Of a stretch of DNA of 64,000 bases, positions 36,685 through 47,408 are shown one piece after another. The DNA is taken from contig JAGCLL010000043.1 in the NCBI GenBank assembly GCA_017647025.1, positions 1,598 through 65,597 of the forward strand, read 5' to 3'. Source of the stretch: Alistipes sp. (GTDB lineage: Bacteria; Bacteroidota; Bacteroidia; Bacteroidales; Rikenellaceae). The position numbers and the translations under genes were made by a program. Every line of letters starts with the position of its first letter. Position 1 is the first letter of the stretch. The notes under the pieces are model-generated. The model was not told where the DNA came from. It made no database searches and saw nothing but the letters and a program-made list of their open reading frames with translations.

Positions 36685-37254
36685 TTACGCCTTTGAAAGT
36701 GCCTTAAACGCCTCCTCGGTAGCCTCTGCGGTACCTGCGTAGAAGGACAACGGCAACTCACTCTCTCGTGCATTGTCCTCTGACTGCAACGAGAATGAAT
36801 AGTGAACACCGTCTGCATCGGTTGTAGGCGATTGCAGGTCTGCCATACGCAAACCATTCTCATAGCCATAAACCTCAAAACGAGTCTCCTCGCTATTGTT
36901 GTCCTTATTCTCCACAACTGCCACAACTCGGCTATGAGCGAGATTGTTGATTTCGTCCTTAACCTCCTGAGTCTTCAAGAGAGCCTTACCTGCAACCTTA
37001 TGAACGAAAGTGTTGCGATAAGTACCTTTGTTAAGGGTGCAGTCTGCCTCCAATGAGTTATCAATGAACTCCCACAGCAAACCCGTTACCTCGGCACTTT
37101 TAAGAGTAATGCCCTCCAAAATGCCAGCAACAGGTTTCTCCGTTCTGTCGATGTCATCAAAGTTGATAAGCATCATACGAGGACGCAAACCTGCTACGCT
37201 GTTTGCACAAGCGGCAAGTGCGAGGTTCTTTGTAATCTTGCTACAATTTGTCAT
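36685..37254 (-). CDS. Probable major tail (tube) protein
   Basis: 189 aa, beta-rich, AGLRP.MMLINFDDI, VAVVEN...EVYG.ENGL; follows the capsid gene. Confidence 0.55.
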   Translation of the reverse strand: MTNCSKITKNLALAACANSVAGLRPRMMLINFDDIDRTEKPVAGILEGITLKSAEVTGLLWEFIDNSLEADCTLNKGTYRNTFVHKVAGKALLKTQEVKDEINNLAHSRVVAVVENKDNNSEETRFEVYGYENGLRMADLQSPTTDADGVHYSFSLQSEDNARESELPLSFYAGTAEATEEAFKALSKA

Positions 37255-37328
37255 AGTTGTTTGTGTTTAATCGTTAGACTTTGCAGTTTAGGCAGGGTGT
37301 TACCCCTGCCGTCCCTGCTACGAAAGAG

Positions 37329-38384
37329 TTACTGGGCATACACGAAACGAGTATCGTTGAGCAACTTTGCGTCAATCTCACCAGCCGCCAACATATAGTT
37401 GTGGCGTTTAGTCTTGTCGTACCATACATCTACATTCTCCAACTCCTCCTCGGTAGGAAGACCTACGCCGAGGTTAGCCTGCTCGATGAGTACAGCACGG
37501 TGAGGTTTGTAGAAGGTTGCGCCCTTGTCCTGATACGACTGTATCATCTCGTCCCAGATAGGCATAGGGATTACATCTACACCCTGGAACTTCAACGCAG
37601 ACAGACCATCTACGGTGTTCTTGTAGGTGCTCTCCAAGTTCTTGCCCTGCAAATACTTGGTGTAGCCATCAGCAACCGACTGTGTCACGAGGAAACGCAT
37701 CTTACCCGATGAACGCATTGCGATAGGGGCCGCAAAGTACATCTTTTCGAGGATTGAATATGCATCTTCTCCCGAAAGCTCCATCTGTGCATTCTTTGAG
37801 GTTTTGTCGTTCTGTGCAATGGTCACCAACAACTCGCCCTTTGAGGTTACTGCTACCTGCAACTGCTTGAAGTAGCCATCAAGCAAGTCGAAGTACTCGA
37901 TATCCACACCGTTGGTAATCAGACCGCCATCTGCCACATTAGCAGCATCGACATCGCCAAACCAAAGAATACGGATAAAGAACTTCTTGACTGCCTTTGA
38001 GAGTACCTCGACAACAATAGCCATATAGTCAGTGTTTTCGAGGTTGTGAATGTTGGTACCGGTGTTGCGACAGTACAATGCAGCTGTCTGGTCAAGGTCT
38101 TTTGCACACTCCTTGATGAACACCTCCCAAGGTACTGGGTTCCAAGTAACCTTGCGAGTACCAATCTGGAAGTCGTGAGGTACGGGGTCGCAACCCTGAC
38201 CTTTCTTACCTACCAAACCGCCCTCAGTGATGAAACCAATCTCCTTGTTGGCACGAATGCCGGTGAAGATGTTGTGAATAGCGCCCAACTCGGGAGCCTC
38301 CAACAATGCATCAAACACCAAAGTGTTGATGTCTCGGATCTCCTCTACGCCGAACGAAAACTTTGATAAATCCAACTTTGCCAT
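37329..38384 (-). CDS. Probable major capsid protein
   Basis: 351 aa directly after the protease/scaffold; RILWFGD, FQGVDVIPMP.WD. Confidence 0.75.
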   Translation of the reverse strand: MAKLDLSKFSFGVEEIRDINTLVFDALLEAPELGAIHNIFTGIRANKEIGFITEGGLVGKKGQGCDPVPHDFQIGTRKVTWNPVPWEVFIKECAKDLDQTAALYCRNTGTNIHNLENTDYMAIVVEVLSKAVKKFFIRILWFGDVDAANVADGGLITNGVDIEYFDLLDGYFKQLQVAVTSKGELLVTIAQNDKTSKNAQMELSGEDAYSILEKMYFAAPIAMRSSGKMRFLVTQSVADGYTKYLQGKNLESTYKNTVDGLSALKFQGVDVIPMPIWDEMIQSYQDKGATFYKPHRAVLIEQANLGVGLPTEEELENVDVWYDKTKRHNYMLAAGEIDAKLLNDTRFVYAQ

Positions 38385-38390
38385 AGTCTA

Positions 38391-39440
38391 CTACTTTTTA
38401 CGGTTCAACTTCTCTTTGATTGCGGCTCTACGCTCCTCCGCAGTCATACTTTTGGCGTTCTTCTGCGTAGCACCACCTACACGAGTACCGGGAACATAGT
38501 CGCTCTTGATACTCTTCTTCGCCTCGTTGAGCAGATTTGTTGCCTCTGTCAACTTTGCACGGAGCTGTTCGTTCTCTGCTCGCAACTCCTCCTCGGTTTT
38601 GTTATCCTCGGTTGCAGGGTCACTCTGTGGATCCTCAATCTCGGTGATAACACCATCGGCAATGGTTACTTTGCGACCATCAGGCAACTCGAATGTGCCA
38701 TCAGGTGTAGCAGCCATACCAACCTCCAACTTGTCGTCCTCCGCCTCTGTCGAGAACAACACCTCGCCGTCCTCGCCTACGAACTCGTAGTTAAGGGCAG
38801 TGCCGAGAAATTTCTGCACCTCGTTCACGAAGTTCGAAACTCTCTCCTTCAATGTTTTGTTTTTTGCCATACTGCTTTTGTTTAATGGTTTGAAATTTGT
38901 ATTATAACTGTTGATTTTGCCTATAAAGCCCCAGTTAAGCAAGTCTTCCGCAGAACGAGTCTTCTCCTCTGCCATAATCGCCTCCAACTCCTCTCGTGGA
39001 AGGTCTGTGCGGTCTGCGTAGATGTCGAGAATTTTGTTTTGCAGATTTCGCATCTCTTCTGCTTGCGCTTCCAAGTCATCGGGAGTGCCACCTGCATACG
39101 GTGTCCACACCTTGTGGATAAGAGCTCGACAATTCGGATTTGCAGTGCGGTTTTCCTTTGGTGCTGCAAGCAACATACACACTGCCATAGAGTGGCACGC
39201 ACCTTCAATGTTCATATAGATATTTTTGCCACTTGTACGCAAACAATCATAGATTGCCAAGCCTTCCTCTACTTCGCCACCATTGCAGTGGATATTGAAC
39301 TTAAAGTCTTTCTCATCAGGATTGCTCTCAAATAAAGTCTGCACGAAATCAAGAGAGAACACGCCCTCCTCATCGTCCCACGAGTAGTACCACCAGTTAT
39401 CCTTGTGGGCTATTGGTTTGTGTAATTTTACCTCAATCAT
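38391..39440 (-). CDS. ClpP-like head maturation protease with scaffold-like C-terminus
   Basis: IHCNGGEVEEG.AIYD, GACHSMA (Ser), LIH (His); acidic PDG.FELPDG.KVTI.DG.I and coiled-coil tail; start ATG 39440. Confidence 0.85.
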   Translation of the reverse strand: MIEVKLHKPIAHKDNWWYYSWDDEEGVFSLDFVQTLFESNPDEKDFKFNIHCNGGEVEEGLAIYDCLRTSGKNIYMNIEGACHSMAVCMLLAAPKENRTANPNCRALIHKVWTPYAGGTPDDLEAQAEEMRNLQNKILDIYADRTDLPREELEAIMAEEKTRSAEDLLNWGFIGKINSYNTNFKPLNKSSMAKNKTLKERVSNFVNEVQKFLGTALNYEFVGEDGEVLFSTEAEDDKLEVGMAATPDGTFELPDGRKVTIADGVITEIEDPQSDPATEDNKTEEELRAENEQLRAKLTEATNLLNEAKKSIKSDYVPGTRVGGATQKNAKSMTAEERRAAIKEKLNRKK

Positions 39441-39511
39441 TGTCTTTCGTATTGTTTTGTAATGCAAATTTAGATGGGAATATCTCTCGCTGTTGGTAAA
39501 CTTTTTTACCA

Positions 39512-39745
39512 CTAAACCTCAGCACTCATCTTTTGAATGATTTTGCGGACATTCTCCTCACAAGTGAAACACTTTGCCGACACTGCCATATAAGCGTCCA
39601 TTTTAGGCATACCGTTCCCCGTCAACTGGGTGTACATCTCATAAATGTAGATGTATCGCCCAATCGACTTGGAGAAGATACCTGCTTGTATCATCTTTTC
39701 TCGCAGGTCCTTCGGAACGGATATGGCAAGGTCGTAGAGTTTCAT
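39512..39745 (-). CDS. Small basic phage protein, possible HTH regulator
   Basis: 77 aa, coupled to the tape-measure stop codon. Confidence 0.5.
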   Translation of the reverse strand: MKLYDLAISVPKDLREKMIQAGIFSKSIGRYIYIYEMYTQLTGNGMPKMDAYMAVSAKCFTCEENVRKIIQKMSAEV

Positions 39746-39746
39746 T

Positions 39747-42700
39747 TTACATTTTCGAAGACTCTTCAATACGCATTTGTTCGTCTTGTGCTTTTTTGAA
39801 CTCCTGCAAAGAAAGATAGATCTGCAATCCCTTTATTGCCTCGCCTACGGATATACCGAACTTGTTGGCCAACATATCATAGTCGATATTGCTATCGAGT
39901 CTATTACCTCCTACTGCGTTAGCAAACGACCTTACCGAATATCCAGTATTTGGCATATTGGCGTGTTTGCCGATGTAGGATATAAGGTTAAGAAGTTCGG
40001 GGAACGCCTTGGCTGGATTTGACGATATGATACGCTCTTGGTCCTCGGTATTGACGAGAACACCGCCCTGCTCGTGTGTGGCTCCCTGAATTTTTCCACC
40101 CTTGCGAGCTGTCGGTATAGGTGTTGCCAATACTGCTGCCAACTGTGCAGCACCGAGAGCAGTAACGAGACCAGTGAGAACACCCGTAGAAACACCAAAG
40201 TCGAATTTCGGTACCTCCGCCCAAATCTTCATAATTGCCATAGCGGTGTTGATGCCAATCTGCACAGCACCCATTACCTTCTCTCGAATGGCTTGTTTGC
40301 GTGCGATTTCTGCTTTCTTCTCGTCTAAATCCTTATCGAGTTTGGCAACCTCTTTGTCATATTTCTTTTGAGATATGACACCAGCGGCGAGTTGCTCGTC
40401 AAGGTCGGCTTTCTCTTTCGAGTGATTTTCCTCTGCCTTTTGTAACTTCCGATCTTCAAAGGCACACAACACATCGTTAAGAGCACCGGCAATCTCCATT
40501 ACTTGATTAGCGTAGTTCTCTACATCTGCTATTCTTTGAGCATTGTAATCGGCTTGAAGTTGAGCAAGTTCCTGTTCGAGTGCGGCTCTCTGCTCGGCTG
40601 TAAGATTTTCGAGTGCAAGTTCATCTTCAAGGAACTTTTTGCGGATTTTGAATTGCTCGTTGGCATTCTTCCAATTCAACTGCAACTCCTTGTTGAGCGT
40701 AGCACTACGCAACTCATATTCGAGTTGAGCAAGTCGCACTTCCTCCTCGTATGTCGTCAGCCCTGCCTCCTTGCGTTTTCTGATGAGTTCCTTTTGATAC
40801 TCAATCTCGTAGCCAAGTTTAGTTTCAGCACTCGCAGAGAACTTGCGAACATCATCTTTGTAGGTTTCATCTAACCCCTGCAAGATATCTTTATTGGCAT
40901 TGTCATTTTGTGCTTGACGGACCGATGCAATCTCTTTGGCACACTTATCGGCCAACATCTTCTCATAGTATGCCTTCTCATCAGCCGAGAGATTTGCATC
41001 GTTCTTAATTACCTCCGCAGCATACTTATATTTCGCCTCGATGTCCTTTATCTGGTCGTCCAACTTCTTACCACCAGCCATTGAGATTATGCTGTTGAGA
41101 GTCTTGCGATTGAACTCATCTAACGCATTGACTTGGTTAAGCAGGAAATCATTTGATTGTCTTTCGAGGACTGCCAACTGCTCCTTATATGCTTGCTTTG
41201 TAATCTTGCCGTGTTTTAACTGCAATTTGAGTTTCTTTTGCTCAATTATCAGTTGGGCTTGATATGATGCCGCTGCAAGTTCCTGCTCCTTTTTGAACTT
41301 CTCCGCCTCATTCTGTAACTCCGTTTTCGTGGAGTCATAGTGCCATTTGTACTGCAAGTTAAGTTTCGCTTGTTTCCACGCAAGGAAACGAGAGTAATAC
41401 TCTTGCTTTGCCTGATATGCTCTTTCCGCAGTCTCCTTTTGTTTGTCGTAGTTGGCACGAACGATCTCGGTTGTTTTGTTGGAGTAATCTTGTTGAGTTT
41501 GGGCGCTCGTTTGCTTTGCATCAACAACAGCCTTTTCTGCCTCATAGACTTTCGCCATATACTCATCAAACTGCTCTTGGTCGAATGTGAACCAACCCCT
41601 CGCCTCACGCCTTGCCTTTTCTATACCTTTGACAAGTTTTTGATGGTAGGCAACGGCATCTTGTATCGCCTTATCCTCAACTTTCGAGCGTTCCTTAATC
41701 GCATCACACTCGCTCTCCAACATCGCAACTCGGAACTCTTTCTCCTTCTTGGCGAGTTCTTCTTTGCTCGCTCCGTTCTTCATCATCTCTTGGAGTTCAG
41801 CGTTATACTGTTGCGTCAATTTAGTATTACGCTCCATCTCTTTGAGGGCGAGAGCATCAAGAGCAGAGGTGGTTTTGCGCACTTGACGCTCATAGTCAGC
41901 TTGTGCCTTTTCCGCCTTTTCCATTGCAGTATCGTTTAGAGCAGAGTAGAGGGCAGCTACACCAGCGACAAGTGCGGCAATGGCTACCACAATAAGCATT
42001 ACTGGGTTAGCTGCCAAAGCGGCATTCCACGCCCACTGAATTGCAGTACCTGCTTTGGTGAGGATATTACCTTTGCTCTTCAATGCGAGTAGGGCTGTTT
42101 CCGCCTTAATTTGATGAGCTGTTTGAGAATATCCTACCTTTTGTAAAACATTCATTGCTGCTTGTGCTAATGCCCCCTTTTGTTGAGTCGCAGTTAACAA
42201 CATCTGAACAGAGCCTAATGCCGTGGCAACTTTCTGTAAAGTTTGCATTGTTTTAGCATATTCGGCACCCACTTTGTCGTTCATAGACAGTGTTGATGTA
42301 AAAAGTCCCACGGTACCGGTTACTGCTGACACTGACTGAGCAAAGCCGTCAAGACTCTGTGATTCACCAAGCTCTTCTAATGAGCCATAAACTTGGCCGA
42401 GTTGCTGTTTTAGCTCTTCAAGATTAGAAACCATTAGTTTTGTTTCTTCTTCACTCGCATCACCAGTACTATGTATCGCTAATTCCATTTCGGAAATTTG
42501 CGACTCCAAGTTCTTGGCTTGTGCAGATAAAGAGCTGGTGGTGCTTGCTAATGCATTACCGCCTTGTTTGAGACTCTGTAAAGTTTTGAGCAAATCGGCC
42601 AGCTCGCCTTTGAGTGCGTTTGCTGCTTTCTCGTAATGTCCTACATTTCTACGCCAATCGCCCAGAGACTCTTCATTACCTCGTATCTCATCGGATAGAG

Positions 42701-43058
42701 CCTTGATTTTCTGTTGGAGTTTCATTCCATCAGCAGACTCACGCTCCGCTTTACTCATTTTTGCATACTCCGCTGTAAGATTAGAAAGTTTCAATCGTTG
42801 AGCCTCCAATGCACCCTCCTTCATCTGGTCAATGCGGATAGTCTGCGATACTTGCTTTTCTAATGCAGCATACTCCTTCTTGGCAATGCCTAACGCAATG
42901 CTTAACCGGGAGTATTCAGCATTACCCTCTGCTGTGCTTTTGTCACACTCTTTTTGGGCTTGGCGCAACTCGTCCATCTTCATACGAAGGTCGCCCAATT
43001 CCTTTATCGCTTGTGTCATTTTAATATCGACATCAAGCAATACTTTTTTTTCTGCCAT
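39747..43058 (-). CDS. Tape measure protein
   Basis: 1103 aa, helical; WRRNVGHYE, QWAWNAALAANP, GATHEQGGV motifs. Confidence 0.88.
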   Translation of the reverse strand: MAEKKVLLDVDIKMTQAIKELGDLRMKMDELRQAQKECDKSTAEGNAEYSRLSIALGIAKKEYAALEKQVSQTIRIDQMKEGALEAQRLKLSNLTAEYAKMSKAERESADGMKLQQKIKALSDEIRGNEESLGDWRRNVGHYEKAANALKGELADLLKTLQSLKQGGNALASTTSSLSAQAKNLESQISEMELAIHSTGDASEEETKLMVSNLEELKQQLGQVYGSLEELGESQSLDGFAQSVSAVTGTVGLFTSTLSMNDKVGAEYAKTMQTLQKVATALGSVQMLLTATQQKGALAQAAMNVLQKVGYSQTAHQIKAETALLALKSKGNILTKAGTAIQWAWNAALAANPVMLIVVAIAALVAGVAALYSALNDTAMEKAEKAQADYERQVRKTTSALDALALKEMERNTKLTQQYNAELQEMMKNGASKEELAKKEKEFRVAMLESECDAIKERSKVEDKAIQDAVAYHQKLVKGIEKARREARGWFTFDQEQFDEYMAKVYEAEKAVVDAKQTSAQTQQDYSNKTTEIVRANYDKQKETAERAYQAKQEYYSRFLAWKQAKLNLQYKWHYDSTKTELQNEAEKFKKEQELAAASYQAQLIIEQKKLKLQLKHGKITKQAYKEQLAVLERQSNDFLLNQVNALDEFNRKTLNSIISMAGGKKLDDQIKDIEAKYKYAAEVIKNDANLSADEKAYYEKMLADKCAKEIASVRQAQNDNANKDILQGLDETYKDDVRKFSASAETKLGYEIEYQKELIRKRKEAGLTTYEEEVRLAQLEYELRSATLNKELQLNWKNANEQFKIRKKFLEDELALENLTAEQRAALEQELAQLQADYNAQRIADVENYANQVMEIAGALNDVLCAFEDRKLQKAEENHSKEKADLDEQLAAGVISQKKYDKEVAKLDKDLDEKKAEIARKQAIREKVMGAVQIGINTAMAIMKIWAEVPKFDFGVSTGVLTGLVTALGAAQLAAVLATPIPTARKGGKIQGATHEQGGVLVNTEDQERIISSNPAKAFPELLNLISYIGKHANMPNTGYSVRSFANAVGGNRLDSNIDYDMLANKFGISVGEAIKGLQIYLSLQEFKKAQDEQMRIEESSKM

Positions 43059-43120
43059 ATTATTTTGTTTTTTAATGAATTTGTATTATTTTTGTATCAC
43101 ACAATGCAACTATTCTCATT

Positions 43121-43333
43121 ATGGTAGGGCAAATTATATTCGGCATTCTTGCAACCCTTATAGGTGGTGGTAGCTTAATAGCCTTCGTTGTAAGGTTAAT
43201 TAAGCCTATCCGTATATCGCCCGAAGAGTTGGCCGCTTTTGAGGAGAGAAAGCGTAAGGAGAAAAAACGCATTGGTGGTCCAAAGATGAAATTCAACTAT
43301 TTCATCACGACTCCTTTCACCGGCAATTTTTAG
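43121..43333 (+). CDS. Small membrane protein in antisense orientation (moron-like)
   Basis: 70 aa, N-terminal TM helix then basic tail; TATTTTTG box at 43087-43094; fills a gap in the minus-strand late operon. Confidence 0.55.
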   Translation: MVGQIIFGILATLIGGGSLIAFVVRLIKPIRISPEELAAFEERKRKEKKRIGGPKMKFNYFITTPFTGNF

Positions 43334-43452
43334 GCATTCTCCATTTGCCCCATTTTCCATTGTACCATATTCCCATTTTTACGCTACCTTTGTGATGTCG
43401 TTATATGGGTGTGTCCGTGCGGGCTTTTAGCTAGGCGCTATGCAATACTTTT

Positions 43453-45975
43453 TTAGATATCCTCCACACCTTTAATGTTCGACTCCTCAAACTCCCACCA
43501 ACCAAGGTGGTCGCTGTGCAATCCTCGCACTTGTAACAAGTTCGACACACAAGTCCAACCGTAACTCCTCAAATTAAACTCGTCAGGATCTCCTTCTTTG
43601 TAGCGTTTAATCAACCCTACATATAAGTCGGCCATACCTCGTGCAGAGGTGTTGCATATATGCCCATTGCGAGAAACAATCTTCTTGTGAGTCTTCATCG
43701 GTGGCAACACAACGGTATCACCAAACTCAAAAATCAGAGTTGAATTTGCGTAAGCATCGAGTTGTTTTGTCGTACCTGTCAGGTAATCATTAAGCGGTGT
43801 CGTACTTGCACCTTCACGAGTTACCCGTTTCAATATATCGTGTCCAATTATGCGGAAACGCTCACCGCCTCGATACTTTTTGTACTGGGTGGTATATGCG
43901 GTATGTGTACCTATCTCACCATATAGCCTATCGATTTTCTTTCCTTTCCTTCCTCTTCGAGCGTAACCATATCGAATGAGGGCAAGATGATAATCGTTGT
44001 TTGCGATAAGGCTCTCAATTGTTTCGGTAGTTTTGCCTTTAAGGTCTATGTAATAACTACCATTGCCAAGGGGCATAGCGACAAGTTCATATTGCTCTAC
44101 CTCTTCGCCACTCGTTCCACCGAATGTACTGTATATTGTCGCCTTACCTAATTGTAACAGTTCAACATCAGCAACACCATTCTCCTTGGTAGTAAATTTG
44201 GTAATTGCGTAGTAATGTCCCCACTGTTTAGAGTAGACTGGTACTCTCATATCCAACTGCAATATGTCATAAAGAGAGAGCTGCACACTTGCTTTTATCG
44301 TCCTTGGGTACTCTACGATATTCTGATAATTAGCATATCGGTTATTGAGGAGTGTACGCCAGTCCAAACCCGAAAAAGTTACAATTTCCTTTTCAGCCTT
44401 TTTGCTATATGCAAGATGAAGAATGCGTGGAGTCACCTCATTCCATTCCACATTGCCATTATCGTCAGTCTTCCAGCACTCTATAATATCCTCGGTGTTG
44501 ACGCTTTGAGTCGGAGCAAAGTCGAGTTCTATTAAGTCATTCTCTTCCTCAATATCGACACCATTCGACCTTATATAGCCATCATAGTTTGATTGCACAT
44601 TGTCGTCTTCTGCATACCTACACCAATTCTTTTTTGCGAGGTTGTTGAAAGAAACAGAGCGTTCCGTTGGACCCTTTTCTATGTCTATCAGTTTGTCACT
44701 CCAATCGAGAGCTGATATTCGGTTGGAATAGAGGTCGCCGATAGTAGCAAAATTTATGGTCGTATCATCATTCGAATATGCAAACACTCCCTCCAACTTC
44801 ATAAGGTTTTTAATCAGTTGTGAAACCGACCAATCGGGGAGGTTCCTGTATAGAGGGTACAGAGAGCCCTTGCCGAACTCCAACTCCTCCAATGCCGCAT
44901 CATAGACATATATATCCGAGGTTGCCAAGATGGTAGGTTTCTTACTCTCGCCACCACTATCACTTACCGCAATAACAATGTTGCTATATTGCTTATCAAG
45001 CGTTACGATATAATCTTCCGTAATGGTATAGATATAGTTATTTCCCGACTCATCGGTTGTGCGTGTATATTTAGGGCTTTTGATGCGCTGGTAATATGTA
45101 CCATTGTCATTGACTGTTCCCACCCAGAAACCAGCACTCCAAGATTGAAGACGAGGGCGAGAAATGCTAAATCCTTTGCAGAACTTAACCCTAATTTTAC
45201 CGAAACCGCTTGTGTCTATAATGCCGTTGTCATTATAGAAATTACCGACAACCACTCCGTTCAGTCGAGTATAGTAGAGTCCATAACCACTTATAACTTG
45301 CGATTGCTGCGACACCATACTATTGCCACTAAACTTCACACCTTGCTCCATACGACCTTTATCATCAGCATTGCGATAGGTAAGAGGTATGTAATAGTTG
45401 TCGAAAGGCTGTTTTCCCGAAGAGAAATTTATCGAGACACCAAACCTTTCCTTAATGCGTTGCATAATCTTGGCAACAGGCATAATAGGCTGAATGCTCT
45501 CTCCATTATTTCCCCACTTACTATGGTCTCTCCACTCGCCTGGGAAGTAGTCTTTATTAGCACTTGCATTCGCACCTGATGAGTCATATACGATATAGTC
45601 ATCATCTGTCTGCAAGTCTCGCAGTTTCGTATCGAGCAAGGCTTTGAACACTCCAACATTGCCCCATACAAACGAGAATTTCAATGAGGTGGGCGTAATG
45701 GATAGGAGCGTAGCGGTACCCGAGAATAACTGCACACCATCACGCTTATAGATAACCTTATGCTTGTTATACTCAAACAGTGCATCAGTACCGGCCAAAT
45801 GGGCGTAGTCCACAGCCATAAGATTGTTGGTTGTCTTTGGTAATTCAACCGAAGATGTTCTATTGCTGATGATGCTATCGATATCGGTAAAATATGGTGA
45901 TTGGAAGACAAGGGATATACCCTTGCCTTCGTTTTGGTCCATAAGGTAACCATTTATGTAAATCTGCTCTGTCAT
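43453..45975 (-). CDS. Tail/baseplate protein
   Basis: 840 aa; S.ELPKT.NN, RNLPDWSV.QLIKNL, LDWSDK, LDMRVPVY; upstream of the tape measure. Confidence 0.65.
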   Translation of the reverse strand: MTEQIYINGYLMDQNEGKGISLVFQSPYFTDIDSIISNRTSSVELPKTTNNLMAVDYAHLAGTDALFEYNKHKVIYKRDGVQLFSGTATLLSITPTSLKFSFVWGNVGVFKALLDTKLRDLQTDDDYIVYDSSGANASANKDYFPGEWRDHSKWGNNGESIQPIMPVAKIMQRIKERFGVSINFSSGKQPFDNYYIPLTYRNADDKGRMEQGVKFSGNSMVSQQSQVISGYGLYYTRLNGVVVGNFYNDNGIIDTSGFGKIRVKFCKGFSISRPRLQSWSAGFWVGTVNDNGTYYQRIKSPKYTRTTDESGNNYIYTITEDYIVTLDKQYSNIVIAVSDSGGESKKPTILATSDIYVYDAALEELEFGKGSLYPLYRNLPDWSVSQLIKNLMKLEGVFAYSNDDTTINFATIGDLYSNRISALDWSDKLIDIEKGPTERSVSFNNLAKKNWCRYAEDDNVQSNYDGYIRSNGVDIEEENDLIELDFAPTQSVNTEDIIECWKTDDNGNVEWNEVTPRILHLAYSKKAEKEIVTFSGLDWRTLLNNRYANYQNIVEYPRTIKASVQLSLYDILQLDMRVPVYSKQWGHYYAITKFTTKENGVADVELLQLGKATIYSTFGGTSGEEVEQYELVAMPLGNGSYYIDLKGKTTETIESLIANNDYHLALIRYGYARRGRKGKKIDRLYGEIGTHTAYTTQYKKYRGGERFRIIGHDILKRVTREGASTTPLNDYLTGTTKQLDAYANSTLIFEFGDTVVLPPMKTHKKIVSRNGHICNTSARGMADLYVGLIKRYKEGDPDEFNLRSYGWTCVSNLLQVRGLHSDHLGWWEFEESNIKGVEDI

Positions 45976-47408
45976 TAGAACTGCGTGTTGATGTTTGGTA
46001 AGTTGAAAGTAATCTCAATGTTGTTCGTATTGCTCTTGGTGTTCTCTTCGCCATCAAACTTGGATACACCGAGTGCAATCCACTTGCTCAATTCCTCATT
46101 ATACCACTCAATCATCGGTGAAAATGGAAGACGAGACAAAACCCCAAACACATCGTTATTCACATTGTCGGCTCCCACAGTAACCTTGTTTTCTGTGGTG
46201 ATGCTATAAACCTTTGTGTTTGTCCGGGCATTCTTCATATCAGGAGCATACACAGTGTGAGCGTTGCTACTCTTTACCGTTGCCTGCAATTTCTGCTGTG
46301 TAGAGAACATATAATAATCCACACCTCCGAGTTGGTTAATCCAACGCACATAGAATGGTTGAGAAGGCACTGCTTTCGATATGACACGAACACCCATCTT
46401 TTTCGTCAGATAGATGAGAGAACTATCAGAGGTGATATCATTATCGTCAGTGTCTGCCAATGTACTAAATGCTGTGTCGCCAATCTTAATGCGGCACACT
46501 GACATTGCACTTGTATTTCCGAGCGGAGTAGCAAATGGTGATGTTCCACTCAATACGGAATAGTCCAAAGGATAGCCCTCGTAGAGAGTTATTTCGGGCA
46601 TCTTGGTAAGAGCCTTTGCATTAAGTGCCAAGAGTGAGCTGTCTTCGCCGATCTGCGCCACTGCATTCACAGCCAAGAACTGATATGAGGAGTTGACACC
46701 TCCCAACCCCTTAACCATAAACCTTACGAATAGTGCTCCATCAGGAACGATGTCGGCAATGTCGTCCGACAGGTGTTCCGCAAACCAATGACGCACAACA
46801 GCCGATGCATCATATATTGTTACGCCACCAATGCTCTCTGCACACAACTTAATACCAAGCGTTCCATCGCCCTTGTAAATGTCGAGATATGCGGTATCGA
46901 AGGAGTCGATGGTTTTATACAATACCACGCCATTAGAGGAACAGATAAAATTGTCATCTTCATAGGCTGTACCCTGACAAATGTAGATATGATTGCTCAC
47001 TTTAATAAATGCCCTTTTAGGACTATCGTTGTCGGTTGCGACACCAATTATACGGCTAATCGAAGGCACAACAACACTGCTCTGTCCCGTAGGGATTTCT
47101 GCGGTACGCTCAACATTACCAATATCGTAGTAACCGATATAGAGAGGTGCGTTCACATTGCTGTCGCACATAAATTTGTTGCCTACGATGTGAATGTAGT
47201 TAGGCTGAATGGATTGAGCCGGCACAAATGCTCCCACACGAAATAGATACCTCGTGCGAATAAAAAGCATAGGGTTGTAGGCACACGCAATAGTAGGGGG
47301 CATTTCCCACAAAGCCACACCGCCATTACTATTACATACTAATCTGCTGCTATCGGAGCTAATCTCCGCAAAAACCCGACTGCGTTCCTCTCGTAAATAG
47401 TTTCTCAT
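45975..47408 (-). CDS. Tail protein (distal-tail-like)
   Basis: 477 aa; FYVRWINQLGGVDYYMF motif; TAATG coupling to the next gene. Confidence 0.6.
   Translation of the reverse strand: MRNYLREERSRVFAEISSDSSRLVCNSNGGVALWEMPPTIACAYNPMLFIRTRYLFRVGAFVPAQSIQPNYIHIVGNKFMCDSNVNAPLYIGYYDIGNVERTAEIPTGQSSVVVPSISRIIGVATDNDSPKRAFIKVSNHIYICQGTAYEDDNFICSSNGVVLYKTIDSFDTAYLDIYKGDGTLGIKLCAESIGGVTIYDASAVVRHWFAEHLSDDIADIVPDGALFVRFMVKGLGGVNSSYQFLAVNAVAQIGEDSSLLALNAKALTKMPEITLYEGYPLDYSVLSGTSPFATPLGNTSAMSVCRIKIGDTAFSTLADTDDNDITSDSSLIYLTKKMGVRVISKAVPSQPFYVRWINQLGGVDYYMFSTQQKLQATVKSSNAHTVYAPDMKNARTNTKVYSITTENKVTVGADNVNNDVFGVLSRLPFSPMIEWYNEELSKWIALGVSKFDGEENTKSNTNNIEITFNLPNINTQF

Noticed and set aside
43072-43296. 74-aa minus-strand ORF before the tape measure
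   Set aside because: Overlaps the plus-strand TM-protein ORF, which has a promoter box and a more protein-like composition; not fully excluded
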